A stretch of DNA of 64,000 bases from Saccostrea cucullata (GCF_032062105.1 NW_026936671.1:558001-622000), one strand, 5' to 3'; counted from the first letter of the stretch, positions 46,875 to 61,309 are shown. The notes: generated from the letters alone by a model not told the origin. Numbers and translations: made by a program.

Positions 46875-47240
46875 AATGACACACAAACAAATAGGGACAT
46901 TGCCTCAACTGTCTTGATACAATTGAAGGAAATACAACACTGGATTTATCTATTACTGTGAATTCATACTAATAGGGGTATTTTTCTAGAGGTTCAGTTT
47001 TCATGGATTTGGAGGGTGCTTCTAACAAATTAAAACCTCATACAGTGGATGAATATTCCCAGATAAAAAACCCTTCACATTCCCCAAAGCCTGTTAATTT
47101 TTGTAACTCCTCCACTTAGCACTGATTATACATGTAATAGATTTTGATTTGAAAACAAATTCAGTACTTATTCATAAATATGTGATCATGGAATTCAATT
47201 TCTTGACCAAATTTTTAACTGAGAAATGTATTACTGAACA

Positions 47241-47447
47241 TGTAAATCACTAAATTTTCGCGACACCTTATTTTCGCGAGATAGTCATTGGCTCTTGATT
47301 AGCGAGACAAAATTTTTGCGAGTTGTGGTTATTGCTTTATATAATCTTAAGGAATACTATTATACACGAGAATTGAATTTTCGTGAGCACACTGTCTCGC
47401 GTAATTATGCGAAAATAAAGTTCTCGCGAATAAAAAGTGATTTACAG
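47241..47447. mobile_element. MITE; inverted-orientation relative at 52857-53063 and degraded copy near 8520-8663
   Basis: Shared core GATTAGCGAGACAAAATTTT..ATAATCTTAAGGAATACTATTATACACGAGAATT..AAAATAAAGTTCTCGCGAATAAAAA. Confidence 0.8.
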
Positions 47448-47688
47448 TATTGTATTATAGATGTACAGTACAAGTTTGTATATATCCCAGCTACTTCCAT
47501 CTTTGTGGTATATGCAGAATTTTGTCTACTTGATAGAAATTTCAGGACTTTCTTATAAATAATCTTTGATTATTAAATCCGACAGAAATTTGACTTCAGA
47601 TATGCTGTTGTGACAGCTTTCAACAGTGAACTTGAAAGTATAGAATTATATTTTCTAAATGACCGAGTCTCAAAAATAGAGTTTAAAA

Positions 47689-47863
47689 CTGTATACAAGG
47701 AAATTTTTGCCCCCATTTTAATTTTGCCCCTTTTGCCCAACCCTCACTTGGGTGAATTCAAAGAATACAGTATAATTTCTTAAACAAAACTATAAATGAG
47801 CGAATTAAAAATGTGGCAAAATTGTTTGCAACTGTAAAAGGGGGAAAATAACCCTGTATACAG
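47689..47863. mobile_element. MITE
   Basis: Termini CTGTATACAAGG..TTTTGCCCC / GGGGGAAAATAACCCTGTATACAG. Confidence 0.65.
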
Positions 47864-48193
47864 TATTAAAAATTTGTGATCAAACAATGCACTATGTAAT
47901 ACTGATATCAGTAAAGATGAAAAACATTGAATGTGTTATTTAATACAAGAATTTGTATGTTAATATAAAAGACAAAACAAAAATTTAAAATATTGTATTT
48001 TCATTATGGCATTAACATTTTACAAGTTGTTACAAAATAACTAAATCAACATCTTTGTGAAACAAGAACATTAACATTAAAGTCTCTCACTTCACTAGAA
48101 TTTGATAACTGCTGCTAGATTTTTCTGGTCCTTTATGAAATAAATAAATAAATGTCTCTTATTATATTCTAACAACAATGTAACAGTTCCACG

Positions 48194-51100
48194 TTATCCA
48201 TAAAAATCGTAAAAATCTTCGTCTTCCTTGTCCTTGTTGTCCTCCTTTTTCTGGAGGATGTCTATTTCTGTATCCGTGTCAAGGTCAGACTGGAATTGTA
48301 TTCCTGGAAAAGAATTTTTCATGCAATATATTTATGATACTCTCCAATGGCAACATTAATAACTGTAAATTATTTATTTTTACTAAAATTATATGTATGC
48401 TAAGGAGTTATCCCCCTTTATGGAATGTATCCTATGACTTCAATAGCAACACTTGACACTAAATTATGAATGCTTACTAGACTTATATGAATGTTAAGGA
48501 CTTATCCCCCTTTACAAAATGTGTTGTTGTTTTTTTTTCATCGGATTTTAAAAAAATTCACCCTTACCTGGTCGTCTTGGGCCAGACTGGGAAAGTCCTG
48601 CAGATCTGGGTGTAGTCATGCCTGTCTTTGTAGGTTTACTGCTGAAAGAAGGCAAACTCTAGGTCAATGCTTATATCAAATGAAGGTGTTTTACACCATG
48701 TACTTGATTCAGGATAATTCTTATAGTTGTAAATCAAAAATTATTTATGTTGTATCTGATTAGCATACTGTACCTGACATCTTTTGGAGATATTATAAGG
48801 TTACATATAATTACTGCTATGAATCGGACTAAATCTTTGAATCCCTAATAAATTTGGTCACACCTACCTTGCTGTGACAGCAGTTGGGACATACAGAGGA
48901 GAGGCCACAGTTGAACTTTCATCTGACAAAACGTCTGGCTCCATCATTTTCGAAGAACCGGTGGGTATAGTTGCTGCAACATTTCTGAAAAAAAGACACA
49001 CTTCTTAGCGATGAATATCATAACCTTAGCGATGAATATCATAACTTTGGCATGGATTTCTAGAATAAAGAATGTTTTGTTTCAGTTTTCTAGGATAGTA
49101 TACTACAAAGTTATATACGTGAACATTAGAGGTTTTGCTTTTTCTCTGAAGGATTGTAGAATATTATGTACTTGTACATAGGGAGAGGTACCTTGCTGTT
49201 TTCTGGGAGACTACTTAGTTATATATACTGTGGAATCATCATTCTTTGTGGGGACCAATTTTCATGGGTCATCCTTATCCATGAATTTACATCCCCATCA
49301 ATGATTTGTCAATATATTTATTCAATGAATCATCTGAATACACTAGTGATTAACAAAATTATGTCCCCACAATCAAACTTTGCTTACCCATAAACATTGA
49401 CCTCAATGAATTAAAATGATTCCACAGTAATAGTACATTAGAGGAGAGGGGGATCTTACTGTTCTCTCGGAGACAGGGCAGAAGCAAACTGTTTTTCCAC
49501 ATCGTCGTCTGTGTCTCCTTCTTCGTCGTCATCTGCCATTGGCTGTCGCTGTTGCTGAGGGAGTGATCCAGACAGCATGTTCTTATAGGCATCCGTAGCT
49601 GTAGAAGCAAAATATCATATATAAAGTCTTAATATATGAAAGATAGGTAATCAGTACCTGTAGGGACAAATTATCAGGTGACAAAAAGGTGTGAGAGACT
49701 AAATTTTTAAATAGAATTAAGAAAATTTTATTTTTTGCACTTTCTGTTTTTCTTTATACATGTATGTACTATGCCTATTCAGTTCAATCTTCAATGTATA
49801 GCCAATTCGTAAATATATTTGATTGCAGCTTCCTTGCCAAAGGCATACCATCATTAACCTTTCTATAATTTACTTCCTAAAAAAAGACCTGTATGACAAA
49901 CCTACCTGGATTTTAATGACAAATATATATTTTTTTAGTTTGAGAAAGAATGTAAACGGATTTTATTTTTAATGAATGCTATTTCTTTTTTTTTTCATCT
50001 TTATTCAATTACTGGTATGTGTATTTTTGATATTTAAAGAAAAACAAAGTATGAATTAATCAATAACAGCTCAAACAAGAAAAGTTAATGAGAAAAAATA
50101 TAACAAAATTCAGTGACAAATGGTCATGAATGTGAAATTTGATAAATGAAAACTTATCATGATAATCTACATAAAAATATCCATTTTATCATCACTAATT
50201 ATAATTCATTTCCAATTTTGCAAACATTCTTAATCATTAGCTTTTTAAATATATATACACTATACAAGAACTTCAAAGCTTGAATATGAATATGCAAAAA
50301 ATGCACAAGTTTTGATAAACTGAGCCACTGCAAACCTTTTTTGTTTTAATTCAATAGATACATGTACATCCATCAGTAAATTCAGCTAAGCCACATCTCT
50401 CCACACATATGCTGAATGCAATTCATCTGATAATGAATGATAATATATGCTAAGAGATCCTAAATCATAATATATGCTCTCTAAGAGATCATAAATCATA
50501 ACATATGCTCTCCCAGAGATCCTAAATTATGTCAGACAATAATGCTGCTCTCTGAGTTAAAAGCATTGTCAGATTATAACATGAATGTTGATGTTGCTCT
50601 GCCTCTACGATACCATGTGCCTCTGGGTGGCTGGGTTTCATCAAATAATTCTCTCTCTCTCGCTCTCTGAGGTTCCCAGCATGAACAGATAACACTTATC
50701 CAATCTCAGTGGTGCTAAGCTTTTTTTTTTTTTTAGAAAAATTAAAATGCTCTCTTTGCAGAACTCGGCAGCATCAGATAACAATAATCTCTCTATATTT
50801 AAGGCACCAAACACCATGAGAAAGGGATTATGCTCTCTTTCTCTCCCTCTCTCTTTCTCCTCTCTCTCATCTCTTCTCTCTCTCTCTCTCTGTGGTGCCA
50901 AGATCTTTGAGGTGCTTAGCACCATTAAAGAATGATGTTGCTCACTCTCTTTTTCCCTCTCTCTCTTCCTCTTTCCCTCTGAGGTGCCAAGATCTTTGAG
51001 GTGCTTAGCACCATTAAAGAATGATGTTGCTCTCTCTCTTTGAGGTGCCCAAGCATCACCAGATAATGTTGATGTTCACTCTGAGGTGCCTGTCATTATA

Positions 51101-54100
51101 ATGTTATGCCTTTGATGACAATGAATCTTTCTATGAGGTGTATAAGAAATTGCCAACATCAACATTGTGATCTACTCACCTCGTTTGCCTTTAAATGGTA
51201 CTGAATAATTATACACAAAACACACATATACCAAGGGTTTACCCAATAACATTACACTGAAACACATATCTGCCTTTAGAATTAGTAAATTTACTTTGTT
51301 ATTATTGTACATAGAAGTATACAAACTACTTTTCTTAAAAACAAAATTATTACTTCTGTTAAATAGGAGTTGTTTTCCTTTTAATGTTGCATATTTCGTA
51401 TTGTTAGATACTACTTATAACACTTTAAAAAATGCCCAATAAGGTTTTGTTTTTAACCCCCAAACCACCCACATATAAGAAAATATTTTCAGACTTGTTG
51501 TGTTTTTAAATACAGTTAATATCTCAAATTTTGAGACACCACAAATTTTTTTCTCCATACAATAAAATATGATCAGCCGTTAAAAGTAGCTAAATCTGCC
51601 AAGTGTTTGTGGGGACAGTACAGTGTAAAAGGCAGAAAAGCATTGACAAGACTGATTTCAAAATTGTAACATCCAAAGATATGAGATATTGAATTAAAAA
51701 TTTAATTCTTTTAATAAATATCTTTAAATTTTTGGGAACAGTAATTCATTAATTTTGGTTAATATTCCTGTTCTTAGTATACCAATATATACATGTTCAA
51801 GATATCAAAGGTCAACTGTGTACCCTTGCTTATCTAAAAACCCCAACACCATACATTTCACAAAATAAAAACACCATACACCAAAAAATTGTTTTAAGAA
51901 GGTTGATTTAAAATATAAAGTGGTAAATTGTTATCAGGGTATCTGAAATGATTTAATAGAATAGAAAATAACCATACCATTGAGGGGGATCTTTGAGCTT
52001 GTGACACTCTGTGTTATAACACTGGTATCGTCATCACTGTTGTAAGTCTGAGATCTGTCAATTAAACTTCCTGGGAATTTCAGTGGTGGAACTGTGACAA
52101 GTAAAAAATATTTTACAATACAAAATAAGTATTCATATCAAGAAGCAGAAATTTAATTAAAATTTTCTTTATTCTTGCTGCACGCTATAAATTTAATTGA
52201 CCATTAAAACCATATATAAATCTCTGAAACACATCAAAATCCACACCACTTTTTGCAACACACAATGAGCCTAAGATATAGTGTTTGCTTGATATGTCCC
52301 ATTACATGAAAGCAAACCTTTATAGAATTTATACATGTACTAGCCAAAACGGTTAACTGCTAAAAAAAAACAACAAACAAATGATACACATATATGGAAC
52401 AAAATGATTTTCTGAATTATATGACTTGTGCTTTGTTATTGGATTCCTTAGTGAATATTATAGGTAACAGTACACCAAAAAATTATCATGATGATAAAAA
52501 AGGGAAACGTGTACATGTAATTAGCATAGGTGTGAAATTTATGTTTTCTTTTTAAAATTTTTTTACTTATTCATTTACTTTTTATTTTTTTTTAAAACTA
52601 TCTTTGTTTATTTTTTATTTACTACCAGGTACTTGGCCTAGATAATTTTTTTTTAATGGACACACAAATTTTCTTAATACTCCTTGGCTATGATGAGATG
52701 TATGTGATATTATTAGACACACCCTGTACCTGTGACTTTACCGTCCGGCCCTATCTCAGCTGAAATTTAGGTACACAATTAAGGTTGATGCGACAAATCA
52801 GTAATTTTTTTTATATTTCCTTTAATAATAAAGAAAGATTCTGGGGGGTTTGAATACTGTAAATCATTTTTTATTCGCGAGAACTTTATTTTCGCGTAAT
52901 TACACGAGACAGTATGCTAGCGAAAATTTAATTCTCGTGTATAATAGTATTCCTTAAGATTATATAGAGCAATAACCGCAATTCGGGAAAATTTTGTCTC
53001 GCTAATCAAAGTCAATGATTTTCTCACGGAAATAAGATGTCGCGAAAGTTAAGTGATCTACAGTATTGCAATCTTATGAATCACAATAACCTAAGGTCTA
53101 AGGAAGAAAAAATATATTAAAGCCAAATATTTTTTTCATTCATAACATAAGGAAAAGTTATGAACTGTATCACTTTACAAAGAACATATTTATTCATTCA
53201 ACAGAAAAGGTTTCCAAAAAACAAAAAAAAAAATCCATGAAAGAGGCTTATCAAAGAAAGCTTTGACTTTGTGTACAATTCTTCTTTTTTACTTTTTTTT
53301 GTCTTACCTCCTGAAATATTTCTACTAGTAAGACTGTCCATTCCATCCCTGGGGGACCCCATATCTGGCTTACCATCTACCTGACTTCTCAACAACTTCA
53401 TTAGAAGCTCAAATGCCTAAAAACACAGTAAATAAACCAAAGAGTGAAATTTGTGTATACAGTGAAATCCATCTAATCCGACATCTGTGCAATCTGTCAC
53501 ACTGTGAATTCTGAGGTTAAATTCCTCTCCCATTTTACTACATGCATTTTACACTGGGCAATCCAACATCCTGTTTATTCCGACACAAAATTGATCTCCT
53601 ATTGCATGTCAGATTAGTCAGGTTTTACTGTATTTTTCTTATGCAAATAAAAGCTGGTTTATAGTATCTCAAAATTGTTCAAAGAGAAACACACAGAAAA
53701 TTGAGTTCTGCTGGCATCAGAAATTTACCTTGTCTTGGTACGGAGATTTATCAGAGACCATACATGGCACAAACACAGCTGCAACCTCATTAGGGGTCAT
53801 GACCTTACAGATGACTAGCTGGACTAAGTGTTCAAAGAGGCTATCCCACAAGGGCTGGGCATCATCTCTTAACATCACCCTAAAATTTTTGTTTACTCTC
53901 AAATCATTATCATCAAAAAGATATATCTGTGTTAACAAAATTGTATACTGTAAAATCACATTTTTTCGTGGGGTAAAATTTTTGTGGTTTGAGGAAAAAA
54001 TGTTGGTTCGTGGGGATTTGATTTCATTGATGAAGAACGTTTTCATAGTTGTGCATATGAAAATTTACATTTCGTGGTGGACATAAATTCGTGGGTCTCT

Positions 54101-57100
54101 TCATACCACGAAAACAACGAAAATTAAACCCCCACGAAAATTAATTATTTCACAGTACTTCTTCAGGAAGAACAGCTTGGTTTTTTTTTTGAAAGAAATG
54201 TATGCACATCAAAATTCTACCTGATTTGGGTTTGGCTTATGGTGTCAATATTCCCCATCAAAATGGAGTCTGGCAACAGACAAGGAGTTCTCAAACTTCT
54301 AATGACCAAGGTCATCTGCTCTAATATCACCATTGAAACCAGCTCACTGTCCAAACCAGATAGATCTGATCCAGTGTTTGCCCTCCTAAATAACAAAAAA
54401 GATTTCTGATGAAGCCAAGAAATACTTCAACACATTAAAAAAAATGCAGCAAGTACAGTCCTTCATATAATTCTGTGGAGAATTGGCTGCGAAAAACAAT
54501 GTCAATAGTCAATTATACATGTATGTATACTGGCAAAGTTTTTTTTAAATAATCATTTACAATATGATTCATGTTTTTGTTGCTCATCTACAATATGATC
54601 TCAGTTTTCATTGGTTTGTTGTAATATGATCTAGGTTTTCATTGGTTAGTTTCATCATGATCTGTGTTTTCATTGGATACTTACTGTATTATGCTCTGTC
54701 TGTCTGCTGGGGATGCTGGATGAGATCTGTAGTATCCTTCTAAAGACAAGGCATGCTGAAAATCTGACTGAATAAACTTCAACAGCTTTATCAGACCATG
54801 AACTGTCAACTCAGGTGTTGGAGCAAGTCTAAAAAAGAAGTTAAATTTTTTTTATAAAAAGAACCCTCTACCTAATTTTCCACTAATTTCTTTTTTGCCA
54901 TGATGCCATTGTGGTTTTGTATTCAGCCTAACAAATGCGGATGAAATAAATAAATCGCTTACAAGTTTATCATACATGTACATTTCCGATTCTGCAGTAT
55001 GAAATATCATCAATTAATATGGCCTCAAAACTTTCCCTCAGCCAAATGTATTTTTACCTGTCCCGTTTGGGTTGTACCGAGGCCTTTATTGGTGGTGCCA
55101 CTTCTTCATCGGGTGAGCTTTGCTCTGATATGTTGTCTGGAGCCACCTGTTGAGGGGGTGGTGGGTGGTGCTCATCAGCCACCGGAAGATCCACCTCTGA
55201 CCCAAATTCACTGTCTTCCTCATCCTGTCCAGGGTCCATACCTCCTGATGAATGAGAAATACCTAAAAAATAAAAGATTTAACAGTTAAAAACTGACAAA
55301 TTATTTGTGAATCACTTTTGAGAAACCTTTGGCTCTAACAGTTGAGACTGAGTCACCTCGACTTCTTATTATCAATAATGAATGGTTATTGACAGATATA
55401 CATATATTGCATACATGCCAACTTTTGAAAATTCGCATGGGGGATTTAACGCGTGACGACAATTTTCAAAGCTTTAAATTCGCGACATTTTGTCGTGAAA
55501 TTAAATGATTATGAAATTATCTTTTTTTAAATTTATAATTTTGATATTACTTATCAATACAACTTAAGAATTAATTTAACATCAAAAAATAATGTTTTTC
55601 TTTCCAAAATTGAAATATTTCTGCTAAAATAGGTGCCTCTTTCACTTAAGAAGGGGTATTTAGTTACATATGTAAACAACATTTTTTTTTTACCAGAACA
55701 CATAATTTGTGAAAAATTGAAAATTTTACAACTTTTAAATCATTTTTTCAAAGGCTTAAAAAATATGAGGTTTTGATACTGTAAAGTCCTGTTTCTGGAA
55801 ACATTTTTGAGATTTTTTTTATATATAATAGAAATTCTAATTAGATATCAAATTTACAGAAATTTATACCACCTATCTAAAAGAAATTTTTTTTTTTTTT
55901 TTACAGTTATGAAATATTTGTCAGGGTTGATGGTGCCATGTGGGTATTTCCTTTAGTCATGCACATTACTTTTGGGAGAAGGGAGGGAAAAGAAATTCTA
56001 ATTGAAATACACTTGATTGTTTCTGAGCTTTCATCTTAATTTTTTCATAGTATTTTAATTGGCAACTTAGAAATATTTTTTATTATAGGTAGATAAAATC
56101 ATCAGCTATGCTTTGTAGTTTTCTACTTTCGTTTTCAAAAAACGATCTCTTTGGATTCCGATTTTATGGTTTAATAGGTATTTTATTGTCTTTAATTTAT
56201 GTTTTTAATAAAATGACTAACAGTTATCATGTTAATCTATGTGTTTCACCTTGCATACCCCTTAAAACTGACAAGATAAGCCCCAAGTTTAGAAGCTATA
56301 AGCTACTCGTACCTGGACAACTGTGTGCGTTCATGCGTGAAGTGATTTCCTGTTGCTAATTAGTAATGAACACCTGGTTAGATAAACAATGAAACTTATC
56401 TGTGTGCTTTGAATATACAAGTCTGACATTGTTATCCCGATTGTCAAAAATTCAGCGGTAGGGAAACTTTTAAAATCTGAAATTTTAAGGTGATTTTTTT
56501 TTTTCAAATCGGGAAATTAGGGCAATTTTTCTCTCCCGATCGGGAAGGCGGGATAAAAGGGTAAAATCGGGAGGATCCCGCCTAAATCGGGAAAGTTGGC
56601 ATGTATGATATTGATTTGTATGTTACTTGTTAATCTTGTATATATTTTAGAACTTAAAAGATTTGGTTGTCAGTATTTCTAAAATATGATACAGTTAATA
56701 TGATATTCATTCAGAAATAGATCTCACGACAAACAAAGAATAGCAAACTTAATAATAAATCTGGTTGGTGACTGAGGTTTTACATTTTGTCTCCTTTTCT
56801 TTAATACTCATACAAACAGATATCCCATGTACCTCCTGGTGACTCAGTATCCCTTGGTTCTAGTGGTCTCCCCTCGATGCCTTTGACTGTCACACTCTGT
56901 ATGGGCTGTGACATCATTTCCTCCACCTCTTCTGCGCTGACATCAGCAGGGGGCACCTGAGAGGATCGTAACATTTGTGGGGAGGATTCTGCCTGTCTCG
57001 TAATTTGAGGGGAGGGAGGGACTTGAGACCCTGAGGGGACAGTTCGAGGCAGCTGTGAAGATGAGGGTATTCTGGAGACCTGTTCTCTCTGCCTGTCCAT

Positions 57101-60100
57101 TGTCTCTTGCTGTCTTTCACTCTGATTAACCTGTCTTGCTTGTGATTGGTCTTTCCTGTTCACTTCTTTTAGATTTGCATAATCAGATGCCTCCTGAATA
57201 GACCAGTAAATATATATTTGATAGGTGCAACATTTTTCTATGTCTCTAGCATTTATCTTATACATACAGAGTTGGAGCTTTATGATATCTTGTAACAGTC
57301 AATCCTCAGGTTTTTTACCAATAAACATAAATACATGTAGTATACAGACTCTTTACCTTCATGCCTGAGGTGGGTTTGGTAGGGGTCATAGTTGGCCCTC
57401 TTCCATGTTCCTCTGGGCCTTCCATGTAATATGAGCGATGTGATATCGGGTCACCCTCCATTCCTGTATCAAAATATTCCTCTCTTGGAATCTGAAGATA
57501 TATTCATATATTGCACAAATAGGGTAATAAATTCAGTGAGATCCAACAATTTTTTTTCTCAACTATACTTTCATTAGCTCTGTTAAAAGCACATCTGTGG
57601 TTAATACCCAATACAATTCCCCATTGAGTAAAATCCAACTAAAATGACATATTTTTCCATGGGATTAATTAACACTTCAGGTATGTATTGCATCTCAAAT
57701 TATCAACAAAACTTCGTAACAGCATGCTTAAACTGAATTTAAGGGATACAAAGGTAATTCAAGATATCCACAAAATTTTCATATTTTATGCAGATTGAAA
57801 AGTAACGGTAATATTGTGATTTAGCAGAATTATGGCCCTTTGGGGAAAAAGGTATGTTTACAGTATTCAGGATTATTTAATTTGTAATATCTTATTTTTA
57901 AGAAGTACATTTAATTAAGTGTTTTCACTAAAAGATAGAGAAACCTGTTGAGGGGATACATGCTCCTGGACAAAGCCCTCTCTTCCCATTCCAGTGACCC
58001 GTTCTTTCCAAAGAGGGTAAGTTCTCTCAATGTATTCCTCATATTGTTTCTAAAATAAAGTTTCAAGAAAAAATTGATTCGTGTGTTTCAAAAAGTTAAT
58101 AAAAATTATTAAGTTTCACTTTGCCACTGACATGAAATGGGCAAGCATTACCTCGTAAGCCTTAATAATTTGCTTCATTCATTCTTATTGGTTTTTTTTT
58201 CTTCCGTAACAACATTTTGTAAACCTACCTATAGCTTCGGACCAGATTTCTTTCAAATTTCAAAACAATTTAAACTTTCAAAATAGAAAATTTTAGAAAA
58301 CAAAGTATTAATAAAATTTTTAAAAGTATAAAAGCTTAAAAACATCTATGCATATTATTCTTAAGTACCGCTGACTGTTATTTGAATGTAACAATATATG
58401 TTTCTATTCACCTTTAATAATCGTAGCCTTTCTGTTTTAGCAGACACAGTTGTGAGATGGGTATCTATGCGGGAGAATTCCCGTATGATATTTTGGTTTC
58501 TTTGTTGACTTCTTCGTTGATCCTCGCATACTCTCTTCCAGTAAGCTTGAAGCTTGCTTGCTCTGAGCTTTGCTCTGTGAAAAAAATATATTCTTCAAGA
58601 TAATAAAGCTATATTATTTGCAGTAAGTAACTAAAAGTCCCTCAGAAAGAAGAAAGTGTTTTATTTGCATTTGGAAATATTAGTTATATTATATGCATTA
58701 TAACAAAACAAGGGTAATAGTATTATAAGTTGATATAACCAAAGAAAAATACCATTGTTTTTCTTCAAAATGAGGAAGGATTGAATAAAAAAAGAAATCT
58801 GTGATGTTTGATTGATGAAACATTTATATGATTATAAAAAAAAATGTTTCTACATTAAAAAAAAAATTTTCTCTTTTTTTCTTCTGAACTAATATGGAAA
58901 TGCTCATCAACTATCACACAAAATCCAGTCCTCAAAAAAAGATATACCAGTAGCTGTGCATTTAGATAAGCAAGAAGTAGTTCATGAATAAAACAAATCA
59001 CCTTTATCCGTTGAGTAAATCATCAACCATACCTTCCCAAAAGTTCAAAGAGAGTGTTAATTAGAAATGATAAACTTATAAATGTATGCAGTCTCAAATA
59101 AGGTGCAAAAATTTGATAGAATGTTTGCGAAAAGAAATTGTGTCTAATAATGAAATGTTTGTGTGCAGATATGTTGTATATGAAAGTCTCCATCATGAAA
59201 ATAATGTTCCAGTGAATGATAATTCTTGATATTTTGTGCAAGAGGCACACACACAAAATTACTTTGCCGAAATCTGGTTTGGTTTGGTACAAGTTGTTCC
59301 CTGCATTTTACTAACCCGTCGACTGTGATAGCAAGTAGAAAGTAATCAATCTACCTGTTTAATCAAATGATAATTGTCAAAAAAGACCTTTTTATCTATT
59401 TAAATATCATATTTTTAAGAAAACCAAATATATATTTGTATATCGGATTTACTACCTATATTACACATATGAATTGAAGTCAATTTGAAGAAAAGTTTAA
59501 ACTCTAGAAAATAAATTGAATAATTTAAATCTAAGAATATCATAAATGATAATTACTCTTCAGTATCAAATTCTTCAATATGAAGGAAAAAATATTACTC
59601 TAAATGACTAAACACCACCTTTGTCATATTAAATATGTGTATTTACTATTACAAATGACATTATAGGCTGTTAGATTACAGAAAATTTACATTATAAGCT
59701 GTCAGATAAGAGAACATTGACATCATAAACTGTCAGCCTGGTTATGAAATAAAAACACGGCATCTCTTGAACTTACAGTCTATCGTCTTTCCTGCATAAT
59801 ATTTGAAGCTGTCGTTCTAGTTGCTCTCGCTTCCTCTCTCTGTAAAATATGTCAAATTCTGACAGTTTCAGGAAATATGCAAACAAATTCAAGTAATTTT
59901 TAATGGCCAAAAATATTTTAATCAAGTCGGGTATATCAGAATATCATGTGTGAACAAGCTCTTCAGTGGCGGTTGAATTAAATCAAGGACATGAATGCTG
60001 CATCCTTCAAAATTACGCGCCAGTATGTAATTTCATTATCTGTATTTTGCAAATACTATTAAATATTTAAAAATACATACTGTTCATGGATGATATCTTG

Positions 60101-60145
60101 TAATTCTTTTTGTCGAGCGTAGTAATCAACATTCGAGGTGGCCAT
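48194..60145 (-). CDS. KIZ: Kizuna centrosomal protein (PLK1S1) homologue, ~16 core exons plus two candidate microexons
   Basis: Exons 60081-60145 (MATSNVDYYARQKELQDIIHE), 59777-59839 (ERKREQLERQL), 58412-58574 (AKLRASKLQAYWKRVCEDQRRSQQRNQ..KTERLRLLK), 57945-58049, 57357-57491, 56833-57193, 55058-55262, 54685-54828, 54221-54385 (CLLPD), 53729-53879 (LWDSLFEHL), 53308-53416, [52742-52759], 51978-52091, [51180-51200], 49460-49598 (TDAYKNML), 48868-48984, 48568-48641, 48194-48303 (DEDFYDFYG*). The N-terminal DYY..E.KR..LE coiled coil, the T.AY..L motif and the C-terminal DFYD match recalled vertebrate KIZ. All phases are consistent. Confidence 0.82.
50650..51140. repeat. CT-rich degenerate array with a duplicated 50-bp block
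   Basis: (CT)n tracts interleaved with GAGGTGCC motifs. GGTGCCAAGATCTTTGAGGTGCTTAGCACCATTAAAGAATGATGTTGCTC occurs at about 50894 and 50983. Confidence 0.75.
52857..53063. mobile_element. TA-flanked MITE
   Basis: CTGTAAATCA...TGATCTACAG; reverse-complement homologue of 47241-47447. Confidence 0.8.
53460..53630. mobile_element. TA-flanked CAGT...ACTG MITE (pogo/Tigger-like)
   Basis: CAGTGAAATCCATCTAATCCGACA / TGTCAGATTAGTCAGGTTTTACTG. Confidence 0.65.
53948..54155. mobile_element. TA-flanked MITE
   Basis: CTGTAAAATCACATTTTTTCGTGGGG / CCCCACGAAAATTAATTATTTCACAG; repeated TTCGTGG motifs. Confidence 0.75.
55410..56607. mobile_element. Non-autonomous TIR element, 16-bp TIR, 6-bp TSD
   Basis: CATACATGCCAACTTT / AAAGTTGGCATGTATG. 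ATATTG at 55404-55409 and 56608-56613. Subterminal ATCGGGA repeats at the right end. Confidence 0.8.
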
Positions 60146-61309
60146 TTCCAAATAAAAGAATACTGTTCTTGCCTTTTTCACAGAAGAGTTCCAGATCTAC
60201 TAACTCGTTCTTTTACATTTCGCGTCACAAATTTAAAAACACGGCTTTACTTTTTTTTTATCTCATTAAATTACTCAGTAGCAGCCAATATTTAAAAGAG
60301 GCTTAACTAATGTTTAAAAATTTGACGGAAGAAACTATTTTTTTTTCTTTTTTAAAAATGGAAGTTAAGAACTTAATCATTAAAAACTGCTGATAAAAAT
60401 CGCATTAAACACTATAAATACATAATAATCCATTTTTTAAAGGCATCTCCCATCCAGCAAAAAGCTTTCAATGGGGGAGGGGGAGGCACATAACGCATTG
60501 TAAACAAATCCACAGGCACCTGACGAATGGATGGTGTAAACCCACCCCCGCCCCTTCTCTGCTTCTGAGAATTATTTTTATCAGACGCAAAAACTTATCA
60601 AAAATACACGATTTCCTACTTTATCATTTTTATATTTTGATATCTCTGATAACATTTTCCGCTTTCTCTTATTTAGAGACTGGTCCTATACGGTATATAA
60701 ATATACTTGTACTATTTTACGACTGCAAAAATCAAAAGCTCGAAGACCTTTTTAATGTAGAACAAGTAACCAATGTCTTCTAATCAAATAGAGATGCATG
60801 GGTTAATGGAAATTGTGGAAAGGAAAGAGTGGGTTTTTTTTTTATATCTAATAATAATCAAACTGGAGACAAATTTCATTATTTACTTTAATGTACATTC
60901 GAAAAGATTTTCTATAAAGAAATACTACCGGTATATGTATTTCCAAATATTTTAAAGTTCTGTAATTTGATGACAAATACTGACCCAACATTTAAAAAAA
61001 AAATTGTGTTAATTTGTCGCAAATTTTTTTGTCAATTTAACTGTGACAGTTTCAATTCAATGAATGATTTTTATATTATATTGTGCCATTTCTATGTTAA
61101 TTGTTTAGGTTTTTTTTGTCTTTTTTCAGAGAGAATAAATGAATGAAATAAATTTGATTGGTGAGCGCATCTACTGCTTTTTTGGCTGTAATGTAGCACA
61201 AGATTCAATTAAATATATGATCTTTAATTTATTTTCAATGATTTTATTACAGATCGAGATGAATGCAAATAAAATATCAGCAATAACACTATCATGCAAT
61301 AATAAAGTT

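Noticed and set aside
54405-54425. CTGATGA..GAAA hammerhead-like core (similar at 55245 and on - at 4727)
   Set aside because: Stems I-III cannot be formed; one instance lies within a coding exon.
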